Assembly (NCBI RefSeq): GCF_902713615.1 | Contig: NW_024055474.1 | Coordinates: forward strand, 1-37,254 | DNA: 37,254 bases | Direction of reading: 5' to 3' | DNA from: Scyliorhinus canicula | Taxonomy: Eukaryota | Shown: piece by piece, positions 1 to 9,649 of the stretch | How positions within the stretch are numbered: the first letter of the stretch is position 1 | How the letters are laid out: the number at the start of each line of letters is the position of its first letter | Program-made: the position numbers and the translations under genes | Notes under the pieces: generated by a model | Told to the model about the DNA's origin: nothing | Database searches by the model: none | Seen by the model: only the letters and a program-made list of their open reading frames with translations

Positions 1-196
1 TCTCTGCAATGAGGTTACATCATAAGGTTGTGCGCCATTATCATATCTAATGGTGAAGGAGGCGCAGAGAACATCAGCCCACTGGAAGCAATGTCGTGAC
101 ACTGGTCAGTCCAGCGGAAAGAAACCCTCCCACTTTACCAATTGTCAGAACAAACATGGTTCAATCCTGGATTAACAGCAGCAACAATACCGTGAG

Positions 197-536
197 GGGC
201 CTCACGGTAGCATGGTGGTTAGCATCAATGCTTCACAGCTCCAGGGTCCCAGGTTCGATTCCCGGCTGGGTCACTGTCTGTGTGGAGTCTGCACGCCCTC
301 CCCGTGTGCGCGTGGGTTTCCTCCGGGTGCTCCGGTTTCCTCCCACAGTCCAAAGATGTGCGGGTTAGGTGGATTGGCCATGCTAAATTGCCCGTAGTGT
401 AAGGTTAATGGGGGGATTGTTGGGTTACGGGTATACGGGTTACGTGGGTTTAAGTGGGGTGATCATTGTTCGGCACAACATCGAGGGCCGAAGGGCCTGT
501 TCTGTGCTGTACTGTTCTATGTTCTATGTTCTATGT
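197..536 (+). mobile_element. tRNA-derived V-SINE (HE1-like) with (GTTCTAT)n tail
   Basis: A/B-box-like head (GGTAGCATGGTGGTTAGC ... GGTTCGATTCCC), V-domain TGTGTGGAGTCTGCAC...GGGTGCTCCGGTTTCCTCCCACAGTCCAAAGATGTG, tandem GTTCTAT tail; many similar copies in the window. Confidence 0.85.
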
Positions 537-544
537 GCCTGATG

Positions 545-612
545 GGTGGTTTTCTCACATTTAATGGTGGTGTCTCTGTCGATGATCTGGCACGTCTTGC
601 AGAGGTTGCCAT
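545..612 (-). mobile_element. Short diverged fragment of a related PLE (RT-endonuclease linker region)
   Basis: TAATGGTGGTGTCTCTGTCGATGATCTGGCACGTCTTGCAGAG aligns with 1299-1340 of the young PLE, with several mismatches. Confidence 0.5.
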
Positions 613-712
613 GCTCAGTTTCCTGTAATGTGGAGATGCCGGCGTTGGACTGGGGTGAGCACAGTAAGAAGTCTTACAACACCAGGTTAAAGTCCAACAG
701 GTTTGTTTCAAA

Positions 713-747
713 CACGAGCTTTCGGAGCACGGCTCCTTCTTCAGGTG
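713..747 (-). ncRNA. Minimal type I hammerhead ribozyme in the PLE terminal repeat (left arm)
   Basis: Exact reverse complement of 4432-4466. Confidence 0.75.
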
Positions 748-891
748 AATGGAAAGGCTTGTTCCAGAAATGTTTATATAGACACAGTCAGAGATGCCCG
801 GAATGCGAGCACCTGCAGGCAATCAAATCACCAAAGATGCAGAGAGAGAGGTAACTCCAGGTTAAAGAGGTGTGAATTGTCCCAAGCCAGT

Positions 892-2995
892 TCAGTCGGT
901 AGGCCTCTGCAAGTCCAGGCTTGTTGGTGGGGGCCGAATGTAATGCGACATGAATCCCAGATCCCGGTTGAGTCCGCATTCATGCGTGCGGAACTTAGCT
1001 ATAAGTTTTTGCTCAGCAATTTTGCATTGTCGCGTCTCCTGAAGGCCTCCTTGTAGAATGCTGACCCGGAGATCAGAGGCTGAATGTCCTTGACTGCTGA
1101 AGTGTTCCCCAATTGGAAGGGAACAGTCCTGCCTGTTGATAGTCGCACGATGCCCGTTTATTCGTTGTCGCAGTGTCTGCATGGTCTCGCCAATGTACCA
1201 CGCTTCGGGACATCCTTTCCTGCAGCGTATGAGGTAGACTACATTGGTCGAGTCGCACGAGTATGCGCCGCGTACCTGGTGGGTGGTGTTTCCACGTGTA
1301 ATGGTGGTGTCCATGTCGATGATCTGGCATGTCTTGCAGAGATTACCCTGGCAGGGTTTTGTGGTGTTGTGGTTGCTGTTCTGAAGGCTGGGTAATTTGC
1401 TGCAAACAATGGTTTGTTTGAGGTTGCGCGGTTGTTTGAAGGCCAGTAGTGGGGGTGTGGGGATGACCTTGGCAAGATGTCCATCCTCGCTGATGATGTG
1501 TTGGAGGCTGCGAAGACGATGTCGTAGTTTCTCCGCCCCAGGAAAGTACTGGACGACGAAGGGTACTCTGTCAGTGGTGTCCCGTGTTTGTCTTCTGAGG
1601 AGGTCGGTGCGGTTTTTTGCTGTGGCGCGGTGGAACTGTCGATCAATGAGTCGAGCGCCATATCCCGTTCGTACGAGGGCATCTTTCAGCATCTGTAGGT
1701 GTCTGTTGGGCTCCTCCTTGTATGAGCAGATCCTGTGTATACGGAGGGCTTGTCCATAGGGGATGGCTTCTTTAATGTGTTTCGGGTGAAAGCTGGAGAA
1801 GTGGAGCATCGTGAGATTATCTGTGGGCTTGCGGTAAAGCGAGGTGCTGAGGTGACCGTCCTTGATGGAGACGAGTGTGTCCAAGAATGGAACTGAATTT
1901 GGAGAATAGTCCATGGTGAGTTTGATGGTGGGATGGAACTTATTGATGTCATCGTGTAGTCGTTTCAGTGATGTCTCGCCGTGGGTCCAAAGGAAAAAAA
2001 TGTCATCGATGTATCTGGTGTATAGCATCGGTTGAAAGTCCTGTGTGGTGAGGAAGTCCTGTTCAAACTTGTGCATGAAGATGTTGGCATATTGAGGTGC
2101 AAATTTGGTCCCCATGGCTGTTCCGTGCGTCTGGATGAAGAATTTGTTGTCGAAGGTGAAGACGTTGTGGTCTAGAATGAAACGGATGAGTTGCAGAATT
2201 GCGTCTGGAGATTGGCAGTTGTCGGTGTTGAGGACTGAGGCTGTTGCAGCAATGCCGTCGTCATGGGGGATGCTGGTGTAGAGTGCCGAGACATCCATTG
2301 TGACGAGGAATGTTCCTGGTTCAACTGGTCCATGGGTGCTGAGTTTCTGTAGGAAGTCCGTCGTGTCGCGACAGAAGCTGGGTGTACCTTGTACGATGGG
2401 TTTCAGGATGCCCTCGATGTGGCCAGAGAGGTTCTCACACAGGGTCCCATTGCCTGAAACGATAGGACGGCCTGGTGTGTTGGCCTTGTGTATTTTCGGG
2501 AGGCAGTAGAGATCTCCAATGCGGGGATTACGTGGGATGAGAGCACGTAGGGTGTTCTGAAGGTCTGGATCTAAGGTCTTGATCAGTCTGCTGAGTTGGC
2601 GGATGTGTTCCTTGGTTGGATCTGCGGGTAACTGCCTGTAGTGTTCCTGGTTGTCGAGTTGTCGGTATACTTCTTTGCAGTAGTCTGTTCTGTTCAGTAT
2701 GACGGTGGCCCCTCCTTTGTCTGCTGGTTTGATGACGATGTTGCGGTTGGTCTTGAGAGTGCGGATGGCGTTGCGTTGTGCTTGGGTGACGTTTGAGGCT
2801 GCCTTGTGATTGCGAGTGATGAATCTGGCATTGACACGACTTCTGACGGCTTGAGCATACATGTCGAGTCTAGGGCAGCGGCCTTCCGGAGGGGTCCAAT
2901 TTGACTCTTTCCTTTTCGGTTGCTGCACTGCAGATCTCGCGGTCTGCTGTTCTGGTTCATTGGTCGTGTCCCTGGGTTCGCTGTCGGCCTCTTGG
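892..2995 (-). CDS. PLE polyprotein, 5'-truncated: reverse transcriptase plus C-terminal GIY-YIG endonuclease
   Basis: Open frame of ~700 codons with MDVSALYTSIPH, GTAMGTKFAPQYAN, RYIDDIFF (RT), Cys linker PCQGNLCKTC and VVYLIRC...WYIGET (GIY-YIG). The listed start (MLLQ) is a junction artefact. The Cys-rich linker suggests the Neptune group (inference). Confidence 0.92.
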
Positions 2996-4287
2996 AGCAG
3001 CAATCAAGCTTCTCCCGGTACAACAGTCGAAAACAATACAGGGAAATCCATTGTCAACTTGTCAGACTACACCCTTCAACCAGACGAAATCGAAGTCCTC
3101 AGCAGAGGGCTCAATTTCTGCACCACCACCAAAATGGACCCCATCAGTCTCGCGGCAGATACGGAGGAATTCATCAGGCGAATGAGGCTCCGGGAATTCT
3201 TCCACAGACCCCAAGAGGCCGACAGCGAACCCAGGGACACGACCATCCCACCATCAAACTCACCATGGACTATTCTCCAAATTCAGTTCCATTCTTGGAC
3301 ACACTCGTCTCCATCAAGGACGGTCACCTCAGCACCTCGCTTTACCGCAAGCCCACAGATAATCTCACGATGCTCCACTTCTCCAGCTTTCACCCGAAAC
3401 ACATTAAAGAAGCCATCCCCTATGGACAAGCCCTCCGTATACACAGGATCTGCTCAGACAAGGAGGAGCGCAACAGACACCTACAGATGCTGAAAGATGC
3501 CCTCGTACGAACGGGATATGGCGCTCGACTCATTGATCGACAGTTCCACCGCGCCACAGCAAAAAACCGCACCGACCTCCTCAGAAGACAAACACGGGAC
3601 ACCACTGACAGAGTACCCTTCGTCGTCCAGTACTTTCCTGGGGCGGAGAAACTACGACATCTTCTTCGCAGCCTCCAACACATCATCAGCGAGGATGGAC
3701 ATCTTGCCAAGGTCATCCCCACACCCCCACTACTGGCCTTCAAACAACCGCGCAACCTCAAACAAACCATTGTTTGCAGCAAATTACCCAGCCTTCAGAA
3801 CAGCAACCACAACACCACAAAACCCTGCCAGGGTAATCTCTGCAAGACATGCCAGATCATCGACATGGACACCACCATTACACGTGGAAACACCACCCAC
3901 CAGGTACGCGGCGCATACTCGTGCGACTCGACCAATGTAGTCTACCTCATACGCTGCAGGAAAGGATGTCCCGAAGCGTGGTACATTGGCGAGACCATGC
4001 AGACACTGCGACAACGAATAAACGGGCATCGTGCGACTATCAACAGGCAGGACTGTTCCCTTCCAGTTGGGGAACACTTCAGCAGTCAAGGACATTCAGC
4101 CTCTGATCTCCGGGTCAGCATTCTACAAGGAGGCCTTCAGGAGACGCGACAACGCAAAATTGCTGAGCAAAAACTTATAGCTAAGTTCCGCACGCATGAA
4201 TGCGGACTCAACCGGGATCTGGGATTCATGTCGCATTACATTCGGCCCCCACCAACAAGCCTGGACTTGCAGAGGCCTACCGACTGA
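2996..4287 (+). pseudogene. Second PLE arm: N-terminal fragment fused out of frame to the RT thumb and GIY-YIG region (1027-bp internal deletion)
   Basis: 2996-3245 encodes ...IVNLSDYTLQPDEIEVLSRGLNF...EADSEPRDT, then jumps at a CCA microhomology (3243-3245) to HPTIKLTMDY...; RT catalytic core absent. Confidence 0.88.
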
Positions 4288-4431
4288 ACTGGCTTGGGAC
4301 AATTCACACCTCTTTAACCTGGAGTTACCTCTCTCTCTGCATCTTTGATGATTTGATTGCCTGCAGGTGCTCGCATTCCGGGCATCTCTGACTGTGTCTA
4401 TATAAACATTTCTGGAACAAGCCTTTCCATT

Positions 4432-4466
4432 CACCTGAAGAAGGAGCCGTGCTCCGAAAGCTCGTG
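4432..4466 (+). ncRNA. Minimal type I hammerhead ribozyme in the PLE terminal repeat (right arm)
   Basis: CAC-CUGAAGA-A-GGAGC(CGU)GCUCC-GAAA-G-CUC-GUG: conserved core, 5-bp helix II, palindromic AGCU helix III, CUC cleavage triplet (cut after 4463), 3-bp helix I. Confidence 0.75.
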
Positions 4467-5080
4467 TTTGAAACAAACCTGTTGGACTTTAACCTGGTGT
4501 TGTAAGACTTCTTACAGTTTCCTGTAGCCTTTGGCCCATTCACATCTTTTATTTAAACAGAGTGTGTTCCTGCGTCAGAGACAATGTATACAAAATGAAC
4601 AGAAGCCACACAATAGTGACGATGATCTTTGAAACAAACCCAAGGGTAGCCCCAGTGTCCATTGAGCTTCACAACATTTCCTTAGCGCTGGTATGGTTTC
4701 TGTTGCCATGAACAATCCAGGGTTTCCTGATGATAATTTACAGACCAGGATTAGTAGGATACTGGCTGCAGCAGCGCCCTGCGTGTTTTTCTTTCAACCC
4801 ATGTCCCAGGTCGCCACCAACTGGCCTCACAGAGCCAGAGAGACACAGCGAAGGGAGACGGGAAAATCTGGATGCGCGGCAGCATGTGATTAAAGCCAGG
4901 TTGCCTTCCAATGTGATTGTCTGATGATCTGTCTGTCATCTTCAATTCTGCAGTTTGGGTTTTCAGCCGCTCCTGGGAACAGTTTCATTGGCGGTTGGTT
5001 TGGTTTCCTCTCGCTTAACCTTGTGGCTGCGTCAGCCTAAAAACCGCGTCAGAAAGGAGCTGCTATCTGCAGTGAAAGAT

Positions 5081-5119
5081 AGTTTTTGTACAGGGCAGAG
5101 CCTGTTTCCTATCACTGTG
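5081..5119 (-). promoter_or_regulatory. 23-RSS of V gene A
   Basis: CACAGTG + 23 nt + ACAAAAACT. Confidence 0.95.
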
Positions 5120-5591
5120 AGTCTCAGAGCGCAGTAATAAACGGCAGCGTCAGCCAGCTGCAGCGCCGAGATGGTTAAACTGGTGAATTTATTGGAGGTC
5201 TGGAGCTCGGCAGAGAAACGACTTTTAGCAAAATCTGCTTTATTTTCACCACCCCCCGAGCCTTTCCGCAATATAAACTCAGGTTGAGAGTCTGCACGCT
5301 GCCGGTACCAGTATAAATAGTAACCGCTCGCTGTGGTATCATATCTGCAGGCAAGAGTCAACTCTTCTCCTTCTGTCTTAACATCTGAGGACAGCGGCTG
5401 GGTTACAGAATCTCCATGACTCAGATCTGAAAAATAAAACAAGGTCAAATAGAAGTAAAGATCGGACCCAGGACTGTTAAAAATCCATTTTAAGCCATAT
5501 GTAAAAAATTAGAGAAAATATGAATTGTGTTTGGTCCACAATTACCCGTTAGAAGCGCTCCGCACACCACCCAGATACTGAGTAGCCGCAT
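5120..5591 (-). CDS. TRAV/TRDV: TCR alpha/delta V gene A, apparently functional (leader exon 5546-5591, V exon 5120-5426)
   Basis: Leader MRLLSIWVVCGALLT with phase-1 G|GTAATT donor; TTTTTCAG acceptor; V domain DSVTQ...LACRY...WYRQ...DAAVYYCALR; canonical RSS. Confidence 0.93.
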
Positions 5592-5750
5592 TGTCGCTGT
5601 CAGCTCTGTAAAAAATGAATTTGGATATTTAAAGCCTTCTACTTGAAATCCCTCCCCCAATTATATGTTGTCCTATCACAGGCTGCTCTTACCTCACTTC
5701 CTGATGTCCCCAATGGCAGAGTGAAACAGCGGGGTGGTGCTCTGTCTGCC

Positions 5751-5760
5751 AGTGATGACA
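5751..5760 (+). promoter_or_regulatory. CRE-like decamer upstream of V gene A
   Basis: AGTGATGACA, one mismatch to the TCR V promoter decamer AGTGA(T/C)(G/A)TCA. Confidence 0.4.
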
Positions 5761-5829
5761 GAAATCCAGTGCATTTTAGTGGGTATAAGTCCGCTTTCCA
5801 GAATGGATGGTGCAATTTACGCCGGTGTT

Positions 5830-6103
5830 TATTTTGATTCGTTCGTGGGGTGTGGGCGTCGCGGGCTGCACCAGCATTTATTGCCCATCCCTGAGGGAAT
5901 TTAAGAGTCAACCACATTGCTGTAGGTCTGGAGTCACATTTAGGCCAGACCAGGTAAGGACGGCAGATTTCTTCCCTAAAAGTCCTTTGAAAATCAGGTG
6001 GGTTTGACAATTGACAATGGTTTCAAGATCACCTATGCCAGGATTCGAGCTCGAGTCATCAAAGCCTGACTCTGGATCCCTGGAATACTAGCCCGGCGAC
6101 ACC
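5830..6103 (-). mobile_element. tRNA-derived SINE of a different family (SacSINE1/DeuSINE-like)
   Basis: AGCATTTATTGCCCATCCCT...AGTCAACCACATTGCTGTAGGTCTGGAGTCACAT...AGGTAAGGACGGCAGATTT, recalled as a common shark SINE body; degenerate tRNA-like head near 6030-6103. Confidence 0.55.
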
Positions 6104-6441
6104 GGGTGACATGGTAGCATAGCGGTTAGCACTGGTGCCTTACAGCGTCAGTGTCCCAGGTTCGATTCCCGGCTTGGGTTACTGTCTGTGTGGCGTTGCA
6201 CGTTCTCCCCGTATCTGCGTGGGTTTCTTCCAGGTGGTCCGGTTTCCTCCCAAAGTGCAAAGATGAGCAGGTTAGGTGGGTCCGTTATGCTAAATTGCCC
6301 CTTAAGTGTCCAAAAGGTTAGGTGGAGTTACTGAGTTACGGGGATAGGTGGGAGGTGTGGTCTTCAATAGGATGCTCTTTCCGAGGGCCGGTGCAGACCC
6401 GATGGGCCAAATGGCCTCTTTCTGCACTGTAAATTATATGA
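6104..6441 (+). mobile_element. V-SINE (HE1-like)
   Basis: tRNA-like head, V-domain, GGCCTCTTTCTGCACTGTAAATT 3' end. Confidence 0.85.
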
Positions 6442-6859
6442 CTCTGACAATACCACTACGCCATTTCCTCCCCTTTTCTGTTTATTGCACTGGCAAACAC
6501 GGGATTGTTCCTGAATTTGGTTAATTCGGGAACTATCAGTTTCTGACAGTGTTACCATCAGGGGACAGCCAACCGTGACTCCAGTGAACTTTCCCTCATG
6601 AATCACTGAGCCAATTGTCTCATCATAATTACATATTTTATCAGCTTGTGACACAACGGCAGCGTCCCCAGAAACGACTTATTCATGTCCACCGCGAGGA
6701 CCTGTTGGCTCCGGAAGGAGACCTGTCAATGCGGTTCAACAGCTTCATATTTGCTCTCGAATCCTTTGCTAATATTCCCGAAAGTAAAAATGTGTGTGAG
6801 CATATGCCTGAAAAGAATAGATCTTCCACTCTAGAGCAACGGCACGACCGGCACGAGAA

Positions 6860-7205
6860 GGGCAGCACGGTAGCATTGTGGATAGCACAATTGCTTCACA
6901 GCTCCAGGGTCCCAGGTTCGATTCCGGCTTGGGTCACTGTCTGTGCAGAGTCTGCACATCCTCCCCGTGTGTGCGTGAGTTTCCTCCGGGTGCTCCGGTT
7001 TCCTCCAGTCCAAAGATGTGCAAGTTAGGTGGATTGGCCATGATAAATTGCCCTTAGTGTCCAAAATTGCCCTTAGTGTTGGGTGGGGTTCCTGGGTTAT
7101 GGGGATAGGGTGAAGGTGTTGACCTTGAGCAGGGTGCTCTTTCCAAGAGCCGGTGCGGACTCAATGGGCCGAATGGCCTCCTTCTGCACTGTAAATGCTA
7201 TGATA
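6860..7205 (+). mobile_element. V-SINE (HE1-like)
   Basis: GGGCAGCACGGTAGC head, V-domain, CCTTCTGCACTGTAAATGCTATGA end; internal AAATTGCCCTTAGTGT duplication. Confidence 0.88.
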
Positions 7206-7299
7206 AAAACTGTCACTGCAAAAGCAACTGAACATTCTTAAAGAATTAACGTTTCCAACTAACGTAAGCAGGATTTCGTTCAGTGGCTCCTTCTGTTTA

Positions 7300-7520
7300 A
7301 AATGGTGTGGAGATGCCAGCGTTGGACTGGGCTGGGCTCAGTCAGAAGTCTTACGACACCAGGTTAAAGTCCAACAGGTTTATTTGCAACCACGAGCTTC
7401 GGGAGTGCAGCTCCTTCATCAGGTGAGGGAGCTGCCTTCCAGATGAAGGAGCTGCGCTCCGTGAACTAGTGATTCCAAATAAACCTGTTGGATTTTAATC
7501 TGCTGTTGTAAGACTTCTTA
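7300..7520. mobile_element. Old mini fold-back copy of the PLE 3' terminus
   Basis: Diverged tail (TGTGGAGATGCCAGCGTTGGACTGG) plus imperfect inverted arms (~7340-7435 and ~7441-7520); CTGTTTA at 7293-7299 and 7521-7527. Confidence 0.8.
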
Positions 7521-7527
7521 CTGTTTA

Positions 7528-7850
7528 CATAGATACATAGAAGATAGGAGCAGGAGGAGGCCTTTTGGCCTTTCGAGCCTGCTCTGCCATTTATCACGAT
7601 CATGGCTGATCATCCAACTCAATAGCCCAATACTGCTTTCTCCCCAAAGCCTTTGATCCCATTCTCCCCAAGTGCTATATCCAGCCGCCTCTTAAATATA
7701 TTTAACGTTTTAGCATCAACTGGTTCCTGTGGTAATAAATTCCACAGGTTCGCTGCTCTTTGTGTGAAGAAATATCTCCTTATCTCTGTCCGAAATGGTT
7801 TACCTGAATCATCAGACTGTGACCCCTGGTTCTGGACGCACACATCAAAT
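7528..7850 (-). mobile_element. CR1-type LINE 3' fragment
   Basis: FRTEIRRYFFTQRAANLWNLLPQEPVDAKTLNIFKRRLD (CR1 ORF2 C-terminus) followed by 3' UTR. Confidence 0.8.
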
Positions 7851-8766
7851 GATTAACTTCTATCTGGTTCATTATCGTTTATTCACTGAGCCATGTCTCT
7901 CATCTTTATGAGAGAGTATCGTCAGCGCTTTTCAGAAATTCTGTATTGTTCTGTTCAAAACAATGCTGTTCAAAACCTAGGAACAAAGCTCAAAGAGAAT
8001 GTTGGAAGCGTCTCGGGGACGGGTAAAGCTTGTTCTCATTAATTAGAATTCATACCAGCCACCCAGTAACACATTACACGCTACGTCCACTCGTGGTAGA
8101 AATACACTTGGTGCCCAAATGGTTAGAGTGAAGTAATTCAGAAACAGGTCAAAGTGATTCTCACATCCTTTCCCACATCAGACACCCCTTCCCACCCTCT
8201 CTCTGCTCTTTGACCAATATCAGGCTCTGCGATATGAGAATGTCTTCGTGATGATTATTGCCTGCATTAGCTTCTCCAAACCATTGAGGTAAGTTGAATT
8301 CCACCATTTGTAGCCATCTGGGATGGCCACTTACAATAAGGAACAGGGAAGGTCTCAAAGCATAGCGGGAAAAATGGACAATGCGAGATTCAGGCAGGCT
8401 CAGAGCCTGAATGTATATTTGCGAATGAGAAATCCAGACGGTATCGAAACCCCCAACCGAGTAGCATTTGATTGCCCATCTCCGCCAGACAAACGACTGA
8501 CACTTGAGCGACCAATACAATCCCAGACATTTCGGCGCCGCTCCCTGTGCTCGAGAAGCATAAACAACAGGGTCAATGACTGCTTGGGACACGCCCAGCC
8601 ATCAAATCATTTCAAATCGAACACGGTGATCAGGAATTACCCAAGTAGTGGGGTCCAAACCGAAGGACTGCCCAAAAGAGCGTGAAAACACCCAAGGATA
8701 AAGAGAGAGACCATGTGTTTGACCTCTCTTTGACCTGGTGCTCCGGCAACGTCTACTTCCAAGTGC

Positions 8767-8965
8767 CATGATGTGGAGATGCCGGCGTTGGACTGGGGTG
8801 AGCACAGTAAGAAGTCTTACAACACCAGGTTAAAGTCCAACAGGTTTGTTTCAAACACGAGCTTTCGGAGCACGGCTCCTTCTTCAGAAGGAGCCGTGCT
8901 CCGAAAGCTCGTGTTTGAAACAAACCTGTTGGACTTTAACCTGGTGTTGTAAGACTTCTTACTGG
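8767..8965. mobile_element. Young mini fold-back PLE terminus (perfect 79-bp inverted repeat)
   Basis: 8805-8883 and 8886-8964 are exact reverse complements; tail 8767-8804 matches the large PLE; 12-bp TSD ACTTCCAAGTGC at 8755-8766 and 8966-8977. Confidence 0.93.
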
Positions 8966-9302
8966 ACTTCCAAGTGCAGCACCGCAAGGTGAAGTTCAAC
9001 GCCTGGTACCAGACAGATGAGCCTAGCTGAGCAGCAGTGACTTCCACAGGCCCGATAGATATAGATCCGAGGAATGGCCACTGTTTCTCTGACCTAAGCC
9101 GGGTGCCTAAAGTTTAGTACAGGTTGTCATAGTTGATAGGTGCAATTTAACCGTTGTGATTATGTTGCATGATTAATTGTGTGTGTAAATAAAGTACCCT
9201 TGATCTCGAACTAACTAAGTGGTGTTTGGCTCTTTGATCGATATCCGGTTGATGGTATCGTTTGATATCTGGCGACTCTGAGCAATAGAATATTGATATC
9301 CA

Positions 9303-9527
9303 GGGCAGCACGGTGGCCTAGTGGTTAGCACAACCGCCTCACGGCGCTGAGGTCCCAGGTTCGATCCCGGCTCTGGGTCACTGTCCGTGTGGAGTTTGCA
9401 CATTCTCCCCGTGTCTGCGTGGGTTTCGCCCCCACAACCCAAAAACGTGCAAGCTAGGTGGATTGGCCACACTAAATTGCCCCTTAATTGGAAAAATGAT
9501 TGGGTACACTAAATTTATAAAAAAAAA
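9303..9527 (+). mobile_element. Short V-SINE with poly(A) tail and long TSD
   Basis: tRNA head, V-domain, A-run; AGAATATTGATATCCAG at 9287-9303 and 9528-9544. Confidence 0.9.
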
Positions 9528-9649
9528 AGAATATTGATATCCAGAGAAAGGAGGGCAAGCTCATTGACTGCCATATTTACAGTAGGTAAAAAAGGCAACA
9601 CATTAAACCTATGTTTATTTCAAAATGGATGAGGTCTTACTCACTACAG

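Larger units (their letters stand above)
628..4515. mobile_element. Young Penelope-like retroelement insertion with head-to-head inverted arms
   Basis: 664-1936 and 3243-4515 are 1273-bp inverted repeats; 12-bp direct repeat CAGTTTCCTGTA at 616-627 and 4515-4526 (TSD); 36-nt 3' tail (628-663) on the left arm only; RT and GIY-YIG coding. Confidence 0.95.
8309..9600 (+). mobile_element. Solo LTR (Ty3/Gypsy-like) containing two nested insertions
   Basis: Starts TGTAG (8309), ends CAACA (9600), 4-bp TSD CATT (8305-8308 and 9601-9604), AATAAA near 9187. Confidence 0.7.

Noticed and set aside
58-71. 14-bp match GGAGGCGCAGAGAA shared with ~32807-32820
   Set aside because: A few 14-mer matches are expected by chance in 37 kb, and the flanks do not align.
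892-3003. RT ORF as a bacterial retron, group II intron or defence RT
   Set aside because: The C-terminal GIY-YIG domain, terminal hammerhead repeat and vertebrate context identify it as a Penelope-like element.
703-4543. Numerous short ORFs overlapping the PLE on both strands
   Set aside because: They are alternative-frame or antisense by-products, duplicated by the inverted repeat.
8805-8964. Repeats and palindromes as a CRISPR array or DNA-transposon MITE
   Set aside because: There is no repeat-spacer periodicity, and the arms match the PLE 3' terminus rather than transposase TIRs.
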